NCBI GenBank assembly: GCA_009843865.1
Contig: VYCQ01000023.1
Coordinates: forward strand, 64,320-128,319
Length of the DNA stretch: 64,000 bases
Direction: 5' to 3'
From: Acidimicrobiia bacterium
Lineage (GTDB): Bacteria; Actinomycetota; Acidimicrobiia; Acidimicrobiales; Bin134
The position numbers were made by a program, and so were the translations under genes. Positions 18,959 through 29,181 of the stretch are shown here, one piece after another. Each line of letters opens with the position of its first letter. Position 1 is the stretch's first letter. Below the pieces are notes generated by a model that saw only the letters and a list, made by a program, of their open reading frames with translations, ran no database searches and was not told the origin of the DNA.

Positions 18959-19993
18959 TTAGCGCGCTGTGAGACCGTCTAGCACAGCGCTGGCAGACAC
19001 CTGACGATCCACAATCGGCTTAGTAGTAGGCGGGCCGCCTAAGCTAAAAGAAGCCATCGCTCCAGATGAGGCTATTAGGTCGCGCAGATTACGAGGGGGT
19101 GGGAAATATTCATCTTCATCTGTGATGGACACCTCTTCTACTCCTTTAATCGGCTTGAGGTATTCCAAGACCTCAGTTATCAGCTCTTCAGGTGCCGATG
19201 CGCCTGCGGTCAAACCCACCACACCGGACAGATCCTGAGGCAGTTCAGAAGCTTTGTTGACACGGTAGACGTTTGTGCAGCCCAGCTCGTTGGCTAGCTT
19301 CTCCAAAGCTTTGGTGTTAGAAGAATTGGCTGATCCTACGATTACAACTGTGTCGCAGTCGGCGGCGATCGCGGTGAGTGCCGCTTGGCGGTTGGTGGTT
19401 GCGAAACACAGATCGCTGCGACCCGGAGTCCACATATCGGGGTAGCGGTCGCTCGCTGCGTGCAGTACCTCTTCCCAATCTCTGTGAGACAAGGTGGTTT
19501 GTGCCAAAAGTGCCACATGCTCTTCAAAATTGGGTAAAGCCTGCACATCGGCCACGCTCTCTACCGGATGGATGGCTTGAGGTGCCACCGCCATCGTCCC
19601 AACTGCTTCTTCGTGGTCTTCATGGCCTACATACACAATGCGGTAGCCCTTGTCGGCTCGCACCTTCACCTCATGATGCACCTTAGTTACTAGTGGGCAC
19701 ACAGCATCTACCATGTAGCTAGCTTGCTTTTTAGCCGCGGCCACCACTTCGGGGGCCGATCCATGAGCTGAGAGCATTATTGGATGACCGGGAGGCACCT
19801 CGGCAATGTCGTCTACAAACACTACGCCCAGCTTCTCAAAGCGTCGCACTACCAACTTGTTATGGACGATCTCGTGATAGCAGTAAACCGGCCCATCGAA
19901 GGTACGCACCAGCCAGGCTAAAGCTTTGATGGCCATTTCCACTCCAGCACAAAACCCGCGTGGTGCAGCCAAGATCACCTTGTGTACGTTCAC
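18959..19993 (-). CDS. ispH: 4-hydroxy-3-methylbut-2-enyl diphosphate reductase
   Basis: LytB/IspH family (PRGFCAGVEMAI, HEIVHN), 344 aa including a C-terminal extension. Confidence 0.9.
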   Translation of the reverse strand: MNVHKVILAAPRGFCAGVEMAIKALAWLVRTFDGPVYCYHEIVHNKLVVRRFEKLGVVFVDDIAEVPPGHPIMLSAHGSAPEVVAAAKKQASYMVDAVCPLVTKVHHEVKVRADKGYRIVYVGHEDHEEAVGTMAVAPQAIHPVESVADVQALPNFEEHVALLAQTTLSHRDWEEVLHAASDRYPDMWTPGRSDLCFATTNRQAALTAIAADCDTVVIVGSANSSNTKALEKLANELGCTNVYRVNKASELPQDLSGVVGLTAGASAPEELITEVLEYLKPIKGVEEVSITDEDEYFPPPRNLRDLIASSGAMASFSLGGPPTTKPIVDRQVSASAVLDGLTAR

Positions 19994-20042
19994 ATCAACA
20001 ATCTAGCTAACAATCTAGCGCCGCACTCGTATCCTTAAAGGC

Positions 20043-21455
20043 ATGTTAACACCGCGTATCACAGCCGTGGTTGAACAATCGGTTGCAGCCGGAATAGGTC
20101 TTGAGGTAGGCGATGAGCTGTTAGCTGTGAACGGTTGCGTTCCTAAAGATGTAATTGAGTATCAGCAGCTTATAGATGAACCTGACCTAATCGTGGATGT
20201 GCGCCGCGACGGAATTGTGCTGGAGTTAGAGGTGTCTAAGCGTCCAGGCGAGCCGCTCGGAATTCAGGTGGACTCCGCGCTCTTTGACAGGGTACGCACC
20301 TGCGATAACCATTGTGAGTTTTGTTTTATTTATCAGCTTCCACCCGGATTGCGATCCAGTCTTTATCTTAAGGACGACGACTATCGCTTGTCGTTCCTCT
20401 ACGGCAACTTCACTACGCTTACTCGTTTCACCGAGGCTGATCTAGAGCGGGTGGTCAGCGAGCGGCTTTCTCCGTTAAACGTGAGTATTCATGCCGTTGA
20501 TCCTGAGATTCGGGCGACCATGTTACGCAACCGCCGTGGTGCTAGCAGCTTGCGTTGGCTGCGGGCGCTGCTAGATCACGGCATAGAGATACACGGGCAA
20601 GTGGTTGTTTGTCCTGGTGTGAATGATGCAAGTGTGCTGGAAGATACATTGGCTGGTATTACCGATGAATACCCTGAGATGGCCAGCGTGTGCGTAGTAC
20701 CTCTGGGTGTGTCGCGGTATTCCACAGAGGCGCGTTTGCGCGCTCATACTGTAAGCGAAGCAGCAGAAGTGGTTAACACAGTGCAGCAATGGCAAAACAT
20801 CAACCTAGCTATTTTGGGTCGCCGCTTGGTGTTCGCTGCTGATGAGTACTACTTGCTAGCAGGGTTGCAGTTTCCCGATCCGCACACATACGAAGGCTTC
20901 AGCATGCATGAGGATGGTGTTGGCATGGCAACTGCCTTTCGTATGGAGTTTCTAGGAGAAACTCAACAAGCCATAGGCGTTCGTCCGGGATTTTTTGCTT
21001 GGGTTGAAGGTAGTCCTGCTAGCAGTTACCGAGCCCCGCGCACTGCTTCCTCTATCGCAGCATCAGAAGTTTTCAGCAGCGCCTCAGAAGCCTTGCAAGA
21101 TGCAAAGCCCCTGCGCGTACACGCTGGCCGATCTGCTCCGGTTGGGTTGCTTACCGGAACCTACGGAGCTGAGGTGTTAGTGCCGCTAGTAGCACAGCTG
21201 AACCGCGACGATGTGCGGGTTATACCAGTACAGAATCGCTTTTTTGGCGGTACCACAGCTGTGGCAGGACTACTCGTTGGTGAGGATATTGCCCGTACCC
21301 TGGCAGACGAACCCAAGGGCCACCGCTACCTGCTGCCTGATGTTTGTTTATCACGGGGACTTTTTTTGGATGGCAGCAGTCCTGATGATCTACCTCGTCC
21401 AGTAGAGGTGGTGCCCACCGACGGCATAGCGCTAAGACGTGTACTAGATGGCTGA
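20043..21455 (+). CDS. PDZ / radical-SAM-like / DUF512 protein
   Basis: N-terminal PDZ-like segment, a CX3CX2C motif (CDNHCEFC) and a DUF512-like C-terminus. Positioned just upstream of der. Confidence 0.72.
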   Translation: MLTPRITAVVEQSVAAGIGLEVGDELLAVNGCVPKDVIEYQQLIDEPDLIVDVRRDGIVLELEVSKRPGEPLGIQVDSALFDRVRTCDNHCEFCFIYQLPPGLRSSLYLKDDDYRLSFLYGNFTTLTRFTEADLERVVSERLSPLNVSIHAVDPEIRATMLRNRRGASSLRWLRALLDHGIEIHGQVVVCPGVNDASVLEDTLAGITDEYPEMASVCVVPLGVSRYSTEARLRAHTVSEAAEVVNTVQQWQNINLAILGRRLVFAADEYYLLAGLQFPDPHTYEGFSMHEDGVGMATAFRMEFLGETQQAIGVRPGFFAWVEGSPASSYRAPRTASSIAASEVFSSASEALQDAKPLRVHAGRSAPVGLLTGTYGAEVLVPLVAQLNRDDVRVIPVQNRFFGGTTAVAGLLVGEDIARTLADEPKGHRYLLPDVCLSRGLFLDGSSPDDLPRPVEVVPTDGIALRRVLDG

Positions 21456-22857
21456 GGTAAAAGCTGCGGGTCAAACCTCAACAGCATCGTTGGCACCCGG
21501 CATGCCCATCGTGGCAATTGTGGGTCGTTCCAACGTGGGTAAGTCAACGCTTATGAACCGCATTCTGGGTCGTCGCGAGGCAATAGTGGCAGAGCATCCT
21601 GGCGTTACCCGTGATCGCAAAGAAATGGTGGCTAGTTGGCAAGGCCGACAATTCACGGTGGTGGACACGGGGGGGTGGCTACCTAAAGGTGGCAGCAGCA
21701 ACGACACCATGGACGACAAGGTGTCTGCTCAAAGCGAGAAGTCAATGGCTGATGCCGATGTTGTTGTGATGATGGTGGATTCTCAAATCGGCATTACCAG
21801 CGAAGACGAAGGAGTTGCTGCAAAGCTCAGACACCGTGGTGGGCCAGTGTTTGTTGTTGCCAACAAGGTGGATGACGAGATGCACAAAGCTGGTATTTGG
21901 GAGTTCACAGGGTTGGGTTTAGGCGATCCGTTTCCCGTAAGTGCTTTGCACGGCATCGGCATGGGCGACCTCTTAGATGCGGTGATGGCGGTGTTGCCTC
22001 TAGAGAATCTGTTTTTAGATAGTGATGCCACAGCAACTACATTTGGCTCAGATAACTTAGATGCTTCAGGTAGCTCAGATGAGCTAGTGATTTCAGTGGT
22101 CATAGCGGGTCGGCCTAATGCTGGTAAGTCCACTTTGTTTAATCGTTTGATTGGTGAGGATCGTTCGGTGGTTCACGATCAGCCCGGTACCACGCGCGAT
22201 GCCATTGATACTGTGGTTAAAACTGAGCTAGGTCTAATCCGGTTTGTGGATACCGCTGGAATGCGTCGACGTGCTCGCATTCATGAAGCCACTGAGTATT
22301 ATTCAGTGCTGCGCGCTTTAGAAGCAGTAGACCGTTCTGACATTGCTCTTTTGCTCATAGATGCCACTGTGGGTGTAACCCGTCAAGATCAACGTCTTGC
22401 CGAACGAATAGATGCAGCTGGCTGCCCGATAGTGGTGCTTTTGAACAAGTGGGATTTGCTGACAACACAAGCGCGTGAGGCCATGGTTGGTGAAATAGAG
22501 CGTGGTCTTTGTTTTTTAGGCAAGGTTACCGTGATGCGGGTGAGTGCCATGTATGGCAAGGGCATTAGCAGGTTGCTGCCGCAGCTTCAGGGGGTGATCA
22601 CTCAATACCGTAGGCGCGTACCTACTCAAGCCGTAAACAAGGTCTTACGGGATGCTCAAGCAGTGCATCGCGCTCCTGATGGTGCCAGGGTGCTTTATGC
22701 CATGCAAGGCGCAACCGATCCCCCCACATTTACATTGTTTGTCAACCGTACTTTGCCTCGTACCTACCTGCGTTACCTAGAACGTTGTCTGCGCGAGGCT
22801 TTTCATTTGGGTTCGGTTCCGCTGAAGCTACAGGTGCGCCGTCGTTCCTCAGAGTAA
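21448..22857 (+). CDS. der: ribosome-associated GTPase Der/EngA
   Basis: Two tandem GTPase domains (P-loops GRSNVGKST and GRPNAGKST) plus a KH-like C-terminus. Confidence 0.92.
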   Translation: MAEVKAAGQTSTASLAPGMPIVAIVGRSNVGKSTLMNRILGRREAIVAEHPGVTRDRKEMVASWQGRQFTVVDTGGWLPKGGSSNDTMDDKVSAQSEKSMADADVVVMMVDSQIGITSEDEGVAAKLRHRGGPVFVVANKVDDEMHKAGIWEFTGLGLGDPFPVSALHGIGMGDLLDAVMAVLPLENLFLDSDATATTFGSDNLDASGSSDELVISVVIAGRPNAGKSTLFNRLIGEDRSVVHDQPGTTRDAIDTVVKTELGLIRFVDTAGMRRRARIHEATEYYSVLRALEAVDRSDIALLLIDATVGVTRQDQRLAERIDAAGCPIVVLLNKWDLLTTQAREAMVGEIERGLCFLGKVTVMRVSAMYGKGISRLLPQLQGVITQYRRRVPTQAVNKVLRDAQAVHRAPDGARVLYAMQGATDPPTFTLFVNRTLPRTYLRYLERCLREAFHLGSVPLKLQVRRRSSE

Positions 22858-22866
22858 CCTAGAAAC

Positions 22867-23976
22867 GTGGAGTTGTTGTTCTTAATCATCACCGCAGGTG
22901 TTTGCATTTATGCCGGAGAGGTGTTCAGCCGGGCAGCACAGTATCGCTATCGCTTTTTGCGTCGCATTGAGCTAACTCACGCGGGCGAAGATTATGACGA
23001 AGAAGGCGAGAAGGCTTACGAGGCAGCGCGCACCTTGGCGCAGTCCAGCTTTCGTCGGGATGCCCATGCTGCGGTGTTGTATGCAGCGTTAACTGTGGTT
23101 GCGATAGTTACGGCATTTGTGGATTCTCGGGTTGTGGTTTCAATGTTGGCTTTGGTGGTGATCCCTGCCATGTTCCCGCTTTGGTGGGGTAGGCGAGCGG
23201 TCGCAGAGGCCCGCCTCACTCAGGAGCGTTTCGAGAGAGAACGTCGCGCTGAGCAAACCTTGAATCAAGGCGACCTAGCCCCGTTGGCGTGGGCCGATCG
23301 TCTAGCGCCTGATGATCTACCTGATTTTGCTGGCTACGAAATGGGCAGGGTGTATCAGGCTGGAGAGGGGGTGATGGCAGGTGACTTTTTTGATGTTTTT
23401 CGTATTAGCCCTACACGAGTGGCCGCGGTTATTGGGGATGTAGCTGGCAGAGGTATCGAGTCGTCCATAACAGCGTTTCAGGCTAAGTATTTGTTACGGG
23501 TGTTCTTGGGGCAGTTCCGCGACCCTGCTCAAGCCCTTGAAGAGCTGAACTCGCAAATGTCATCTATAGAACGCTCAGAGGAGTTCATCTCCGTCGTTAT
23601 CGTGGTGTTTGATACCGAAGCTCAAGCCATGCGTTACGCTTCAGCGGGGCACCCTGCGGCTTGGCTTTGGCATGAGAAAGAAGTGCAGCCGCTGCGCGCT
23701 ACAGGCCCGCTGTTGATGCTGGATTCTACAAGTACTTATTTCAGCCGCGAGATTCCCCTTGATTCGGGTGACATAGTGCTCATGTATACCGATGGCCTAG
23801 CTGAAGTTCGTTATGGAGATGCACAGTTTGGCGAGGATCGCATTGCCCAACATCTTCGTCGTGATCCCACAGTATCTCCTGAGGTGCTCTGTCAAACCTT
23901 GTTGGAGGGGGCCAGGGATTTCGCCGACGGCACCATTGCCGATGACGTGGCAATCCTTGCTGTCCGTCGGAACTAA
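22867..23976 (+). CDS. membrane-associated PP2C/SpoIIE-family serine phosphatase
   Basis: N-terminal hydrophobic segments, then a PPM/SpoIIE-type domain (GDFFDV, GDVAGRG, YTDGL, DDVAILAVRR). Confidence 0.75.
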   Translation: MELLFLIITAGVCIYAGEVFSRAAQYRYRFLRRIELTHAGEDYDEEGEKAYEAARTLAQSSFRRDAHAAVLYAALTVVAIVTAFVDSRVVVSMLALVVIPAMFPLWWGRRAVAEARLTQERFERERRAEQTLNQGDLAPLAWADRLAPDDLPDFAGYEMGRVYQAGEGVMAGDFFDVFRISPTRVAAVIGDVAGRGIESSITAFQAKYLLRVFLGQFRDPAQALEELNSQMSSIERSEEFISVVIVVFDTEAQAMRYASAGHPAAWLWHEKEVQPLRATGPLLMLDSTSTYFSREIPLDSGDIVLMYTDGLAEVRYGDAQFGEDRIAQHLRRDPTVSPEVLCQTLLEGARDFADGTIADDVAILAVRRN

Positions 23977-24009
23977 CCGCAGTAGCTTAACTGTTGGCAA
24001 GTTATTGGC

Positions 24010-24264
24010 ATGCCTTGGTGTGACCCTTGTGAGCGGTTCTGGAATTTTAACGCTCTCACCTTAGAAGGTAAGTGCCCCCGCTGTGGCATTGTCTTAGACA
24101 TGTCAGGGGTAAAACAGTCAGAGTCAGATAAATCAGAGTTAACAGGGCCATCTTCTAGCGATGCTCCTCGAGTTGGCGCTCCCTGGCACTTTTGGTTGTT
24201 TTTGGTTGCTGCGAGTGTTTATTTGGTTTGGCGTGCTATCCAAGGCATTGTGATGTTGTTTTGA
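24010..24264 (+). CDS. small zinc-ribbon protein with C-terminal transmembrane helix
   Basis: 84 aa with CDPC...CPRC (four Cys) at the N-terminus and a hydrophobic C-terminal helix (WHFWLFLVAASVYLVW). Confidence 0.5.
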   Translation: MPWCDPCERFWNFNALTLEGKCPRCGIVLDMSGVKQSESDKSELTGPSSSDAPRVGAPWHFWLFLVAASVYLVWRAIQGIVMLF

Positions 24265-24289
24265 GTGATGTTGTTCTGAACAGTTAGCT

Positions 24290-24367
24290 GGTCGGGCTGC
24301 CGGGATTTGAACCCGGGACCTTCGGTCCCCCAGACCGACGCGCTAACCAAGCTGCGCCACAGCCCGC
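24290..24367 (-). tRNA. tRNA-Pro (anticodon GGG)
   Basis: Folded by hand: acceptor CGGGCTG/CAGCCCG, anticodon arm TCGGT-CTGGGGG-ACCGA, T-arm CCGGG-TTCAAAT-CCCGG. CCA is encoded. Confidence 0.9.
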
Positions 24368-24465
24368 TGACGATAAACATATCTGAACCAAGAGCATAGT
24401 TGGATACTCAATGGGGTTTAGTAGTCTGTTGAACGTGTTAATCACGAGCAGCCGCTGGTCAGACA

Positions 24466-26016
24466 GTGGCTAATGAGACAGTGGCTCATGCCTGGAGCAT
24501 GACTACGTTTGTGCATCTGCGTCGACGATTAGAGATCTTTTCGTTGCGTTGGCAAGCCCGATTTGACACCAAGCTGATCAATCAGGCCATTCCGTGGGTG
24601 TTGGCCGCAGTGCTAGGGGGTCTACTGCTGAGTTTATCGCTAGCTCGCGCTCGCCAGCTTGATGCTGGTACTGAACTCTCCATTCATTTGCAAGGGCTCT
24701 GGCTTATCGGAGAGGGATTTGAGCCTCTCTCTAGTGTGGCGGGTCACAACCTTTTGTGGGAGCAAGCGGCGTTCATTTTGTATCCCATCGCGTTGCTGAC
24801 AACCTTGTTGCCGGATCAGGCCACGCTTTTAAGCTTGCAATCCGCGGCGCTGGGCTTCGCCGTAGTTCCCTTATGGCGATTAGCACGAGACGTGGGCCGT
24901 TTAAAAACGGGGGCTGCGGTGGCTGTGGTGTTTGCCTACTGCATGTATCCAGCGGTTCATACCCTCAACCTTGCCGATTTTCATCCCGAAGCCCTTGCCG
25001 TTCCCGCGTTGTTTGCCGCGTTGTTGTTAGTACTCAAGCAACGTTGGAAATGGTTCGTCCCGGTAGCTCTTTTGATAGTGATTTGTCGTTCTGATTTAGC
25101 ATTTGCGTTATCAGGGTTGGGTTTGTTGGTGGTTGCGCGAGGAGAACGCAGACAAGGCGCAGCGATATCGCTGGTTTCTGCTGTTTATGGATTGTTGTCG
25201 CTTACCGTTATACAGCCTCGCTTCAATGCTGGACGCTTCCCGCATATTGAGGCCTTCTCAGATTTTGGTACAGGCAGTTTTGGCTCGGTTCTTTGGGGGT
25301 TTATTTCTGCTCCTCATGCGGTGTTGGCTGAAGCCTTGTCGCAGGCCAACTTTGAGAAGATCGTGTTCTTGTTGGCCCCGGTGATGCTCTTGCCTTTGGT
25401 GGCAATTCGCTATGTGGTGCCGGTGATACCGCTGTTTGCCATTTACCTAGTAGCCGATGTGCCGGTTGGCCAAGCATCTGAAGCATCGCAAACCGTGCCG
25501 ATGATCTCGTTTGTGTTTGTCGCTACAGTGTTTGCATTAGCTAGGTCGGGTCGAGTTTTGGTTGAGCGGGTGAATGTTGATCGCCGTTTGCTGACAGCGT
25601 TGATGCTCACCGCGAGCTTGTTCTTTCTGCGAGATGCTCCTAGCTCGTTTTACGAGCGACCGTGGGATTGGGGTCGACAAGAAACCTTGGATGTGGTTAG
25701 ACAGTCAGCGGCTAATCAAATACCTGCCGATGCTTCGGTGCGAGCCTCAGAGCAGGTGCTGCCACTGTTGTCTAATCGAGCCAGACTGTATGAGCTGCAC
25801 GCTCTTGACGATCCCAATGCAGCCGCGCTAGCAGCTACTCTTCAGGTGGAGTGGATCGTATTTGATGTCGTATCTGTGCCCGACTGGAGCCCCTTGGATA
25901 TTGAAAGCTTTGACTTAGATATTCGCCGCAGTGGGTTTGAGCGCCTAGAAGTAGCGTCTGGGCAGGCGGGTAGGACAATTCGCTTGTATCGTCTGCGTAA
26001 CGTGGTGCAGAGCTAG
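24466..26016 (+). CDS. polytopic membrane protein (DUF2079 / GT-C-like, putative)
   Basis: 516 aa with many hydrophobic segments and a soluble C-terminal domain. The family assignment is from memory only. Confidence 0.55.
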   Translation: MANETVAHAWSMTTFVHLRRRLEIFSLRWQARFDTKLINQAIPWVLAAVLGGLLLSLSLARARQLDAGTELSIHLQGLWLIGEGFEPLSSVAGHNLLWEQAAFILYPIALLTTLLPDQATLLSLQSAALGFAVVPLWRLARDVGRLKTGAAVAVVFAYCMYPAVHTLNLADFHPEALAVPALFAALLLVLKQRWKWFVPVALLIVICRSDLAFALSGLGLLVVARGERRQGAAISLVSAVYGLLSLTVIQPRFNAGRFPHIEAFSDFGTGSFGSVLWGFISAPHAVLAEALSQANFEKIVFLLAPVMLLPLVAIRYVVPVIPLFAIYLVADVPVGQASEASQTVPMISFVFVATVFALARSGRVLVERVNVDRRLLTALMLTASLFFLRDAPSSFYERPWDWGRQETLDVVRQSAANQIPADASVRASEQVLPLLSNRARLYELHALDDPNAAALAATLQVEWIVFDVVSVPDWSPLDIESFDLDIRRSGFERLEVASGQAGRTIRLYRLRNVVQS

Positions 26017-27134
26017 CGTACATCTGCGCAAGCCTGTCCGTAGCTGATGCTCAGCATGCGGTTCAGCGCTACCCGAGCTTCATCTGCTATATCAGGTTCA
26101 ACTGTTATGCGATTGAACACCTTGCCTTGCGTTAGTCCTTCTAACGTCCAGGCTAGGTGGGCAGCATTAATACGGAACATGGTTGAACAAGGGCAAACCA
26201 GCGGATCTAATGAGATTACCGTCTTGTCGGGCGCTTCGTTGTTGAGACGATTTATCAGATGAATCTCGGTACCTACGCCAATTACTGAGCCTGCCGGAGC
26301 TTTGGCCACAGCTTTGATTATGTAGTCGGTGGAGCCAACTTGATCGGCTTGCGCGCAAACCTCTCTGCTGCATTCGGGGTGAACAATCACTATACCGTTG
26401 GGATGTTGGGCTCGGAACTCGGTTAGGTGCTCGGGTTGAAAGCGCTGATGTACTGAGCAATGTCCTTTCCATAACAACAGCACGGCCTCTTTGCACTGCG
26501 CCTCGCTGAGACCACCCAAGTCCATGCGGGGGTTCCACACTTGCATGTGCTGGTCGCTGTAGCCCAATCCAAAGCCGGTGTTGCGACCCAAGTGTTGGTC
26601 GGGGAAGAAAAGCACTTGTTCGCCTCGTTCTAGAGCCCAACTTAAAACCGCTTGAGCATTTGACGAGGTACAGACCGCGCCACCGTTGCGGGCTGTAAAG
26701 GCTTTAAGATCGGCAGCAGAGTTCATGTATGTGACGGGCACTACCCGTTGGATATCTGTATGCAGGGCCAACTCGTTCCAGGCTTGTTCCACCTGGTCAA
26801 TGTCGGCCATGTCTGCCATTGAGCAACCAGCGTTGAGGTCAGGAAGCAGAACTTGTTGGTGGTCGCCGGTCAAGATATCGGCTGATTCAGCCATGAAATG
26901 CACCCCACAAAACACGATGTATTTGGCCTCTGGATGCTGTTGGGCTAGCACGGATAGACGAAAGGAATCACCACGGGCATCAGCCCAGGCCATTACCTCA
27001 TCGCGCTGATAGTGGTGTCCAAGAATGAACACCTGGTTGCCTAGGATTTGTTTAGCCTTATCAATGTAGTGCGCCAATTGTTCAGACGATGCCTTGGTGT
27101 AGCGCTCAGGAAGAGCTCGTTGAACGCGCAGCAT
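26013..27134 (-). CDS. nadA: quinolinate synthase (Bacillus-type NadA)
   Basis: GHHYQRDEV, FCGVHFMAESADIL, CSMADMA and HPEC motifs. Trimmed to ATG 27134 (MLRVQRAL...) because the 61-aa upstream extension has no counterpart in NadA and collides with uvrC. Confidence 0.9.
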   Translation of the reverse strand: MLRVQRALPERYTKASSEQLAHYIDKAKQILGNQVFILGHHYQRDEVMAWADARGDSFRLSVLAQQHPEAKYIVFCGVHFMAESADILTGDHQQVLLPDLNAGCSMADMADIDQVEQAWNELALHTDIQRVVPVTYMNSAADLKAFTARNGGAVCTSSNAQAVLSWALERGEQVLFFPDQHLGRNTGFGLGYSDQHMQVWNPRMDLGGLSEAQCKEAVLLLWKGHCSVHQRFQPEHLTEFRAQHPNGIVIVHPECSREVCAQADQVGSTDYIIKAVAKAPAGSVIGVGTEIHLINRLNNEAPDKTVISLDPLVCPCSTMFRINAAHLAWTLEGLTQGKVFNRITVEPDIADEARVALNRMLSISYGQACADVR

Positions 27135-27291
27135 ATTGTGAGAACCTCCGTGAGGTACGGGAACTTCGATTAAAGGCCGGTGGGGACAGCCGGGTCGCCT
27201 CGCCACGGGGTTGTCGGCCTCGGTGTTCGATATGTCGCTGGCTACCCGGCCAGCGTGTAAAAAATCATATCCATCTAGGATAGGACTCACA

Positions 27292-29172
27292 ATGTTGCAA
27301 CGACCGCCTAACGGCATTATCCCCGAAACCGCAGGGTCGTATCAGTTCAAGGATCGTCACGGGCGGGTTATTTATGTGGGCAAAGCCAAGAACCTGCGCG
27401 CTCGGTTGGCGAACTATTTTCAGAATCCAACGCACATGCCAATACGCACGGCTCGGATGATGCAAGACGCTGAATCGCTGGAGTGGATTCAAGTTGATAA
27501 CGAAGTGGAAGCGCTGATGTTGGAATACAGCCTCATTCAGCGTCATCAACCGCGCTTCAATGTTCGTTACCGCGATGACAAGAGTTATCCGTTTTTGTGT
27601 GTGACGATGGTGGATGAGTGGCCTAGGGCCATGGTTATCAGGGGGCGCAAACGTAAAGGCAACCGTTATTTTGGTCCGTTTGGTCACGCCTATGCCATCA
27701 GAGAGACCTTGGATCAACTGTTGCGAACGTTTCCTATCCGTACTTGCAGCGACAACAAGTTCAAACATCACTTCCATTTAGGAAGGCCATGTTTGTTGTT
27801 TCACATCGAAAAGTGTGCTGGTCCATGTGTGGATGAGGTGAGCCCAGCCACCTATAGCGAAATGGTGCAAAAGCTGTTGGCTTTTTTGGGGGGTGACACC
27901 GATGAGGTTGTTGCGCAACTAGAACGAGACATGTCTGAGGCTTCTGCCGCATTGGAGTTTGAGCAAGCGGCTCGTTTACGAGACCGTCTCAATAATGTAC
28001 GTAAAGCCATTGAATCGCAGCAGATGGTTGGTTCCCGCTCTGAGGATTTTGATGTCGTGGGCTTAGTCGATGATGAGTTGGAGGCCGCTTGTCAGGTGTT
28101 TTACGTGCGCAAGGGCAGGGTGATGGGCCGTCGTGGTTTTATTGTTGATAAGGCGGGAGATTTGAATAGATCTGATCTGATCAGCAGGGTGCTAGATCGT
28201 CTTTATAGCGAGGAGAACCCCCTAGGCAGTCCTAAGCAAGTGTTGGTTCCTCATTTACCCGATAACCAAGAATTGTATGAGGATTGGTTACGCCAGCAGC
28301 GAGGTTCCAAAGTAATGATTGCTGTGCCCCAGCGTGGTGCTAAACGTAAGCTGTCTGACACGGTAACCCGTAACGCAATAGATGCTTTTACCAGACACCG
28401 CTTAAAACGGGCCGCCGATCACAATACTCGTGCTCACGCCCTCAACGATCTGCAAGCTTGTCTGGGTATGTCTGAGGCTCCGTTGCGTATTGAGTGCTAC
28501 GACATGAGCCACTTTCAGGGTTCCGATTACGTAGGTTCTATGGTGGTGATGGAAGATGGCCTACCGCGTAAGTCTGAGTACCGCAGGTTTAAGGTTCGTG
28601 CGGTTGAAGGTAACGATGATTACGCAGCTATGGAAGAGGTGCTCACCCGCCGCCTTAGTAGCTTGTTGTCGGAGCGGGACTTGCCAGCCGAACAAAAGGG
28701 CAAGTTTGCTTATCCGCCTCAGCTATTGGTTGTGGACGGGGGCAAGGGTCAACTGCGGGTGGCCGAACGGGTGCTAGCTGAACTCAGGCTAGATGGGGAG
28801 ATCTTTCCAGCCGGACTAGCCAAAGAGTTTGAGCAGGTGTATGTGCCTGGTCAGGCTGAACCGGTAGAAATACCTAGGCCATCAGAAAGCCTGTATTTGT
28901 TACAGCGGATACGTGATGAGAGCCACCGTTTCGCCAACGACTATCACCGTCAGCTGCGCAACAAAGCCATGACCCGTTCTGTGTTAGATGACATAGTTGG
29001 GTTGGGTCCGGTGCGCAAAGCTCGTGTGGTGAAAGAAATGGGGGGAGTGCGGGCAGTGCAGAGTGCTTCTTTAGAAGATTTGCAGACGCTGAGCTGGTTG
29101 CCCAATACAGTGGCCCAAGCAGTGTTTGATAAGTTGCATAAAGCTCACATTGACCAACCTGGCAACCACTAA
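27292..29172 (+). CDS. uvrC: excinuclease ABC subunit C
   Basis: GIY-YIG N-terminus (GSYQFKD..VIYVGKAKNLRARL), a UVR domain (EFEQAARLRDRL) and a C-terminal HhH. ATG 27292 chosen over TTG 27211. Confidence 0.92.
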   Translation: MLQRPPNGIIPETAGSYQFKDRHGRVIYVGKAKNLRARLANYFQNPTHMPIRTARMMQDAESLEWIQVDNEVEALMLEYSLIQRHQPRFNVRYRDDKSYPFLCVTMVDEWPRAMVIRGRKRKGNRYFGPFGHAYAIRETLDQLLRTFPIRTCSDNKFKHHFHLGRPCLLFHIEKCAGPCVDEVSPATYSEMVQKLLAFLGGDTDEVVAQLERDMSEASAALEFEQAARLRDRLNNVRKAIESQQMVGSRSEDFDVVGLVDDELEAACQVFYVRKGRVMGRRGFIVDKAGDLNRSDLISRVLDRLYSEENPLGSPKQVLVPHLPDNQELYEDWLRQQRGSKVMIAVPQRGAKRKLSDTVTRNAIDAFTRHRLKRAADHNTRAHALNDLQACLGMSEAPLRIECYDMSHFQGSDYVGSMVVMEDGLPRKSEYRRFKVRAVEGNDDYAAMEEVLTRRLSSLLSERDLPAEQKGKFAYPPQLLVVDGGKGQLRVAERVLAELRLDGEIFPAGLAKEFEQVYVPGQAEPVEIPRPSESLYLLQRIRDESHRFANDYHRQLRNKAMTRSVLDDIVGLGPVRKARVVKEMGGVRAVQSASLEDLQTLSWLPNTVAQAVFDKLHKAHIDQPGNH

Positions 29173-29181
29173 TCTAAAACC

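Noticed and set aside
27200-27291. A LexA/SOS box in front of uvrC.
   Set aside because: Only a half-site (GTTCGA at about 27225) is present. The full TCGAAC-N4-GTTCGA palindrome is not.
27135-27317. A 61-aa N-terminal extension of nadA and the TTG 27211 start of uvrC, which would make the two divergent genes overlap by about 100 nt.
   Set aside because: Bacillus-type NadA begins about 40 aa before GHHYQ, matching ATG 27134. The UvrC GIY-YIG domain begins right after ATG 27292. The trimmed starts leave a normal 157-nt divergent promoter region.
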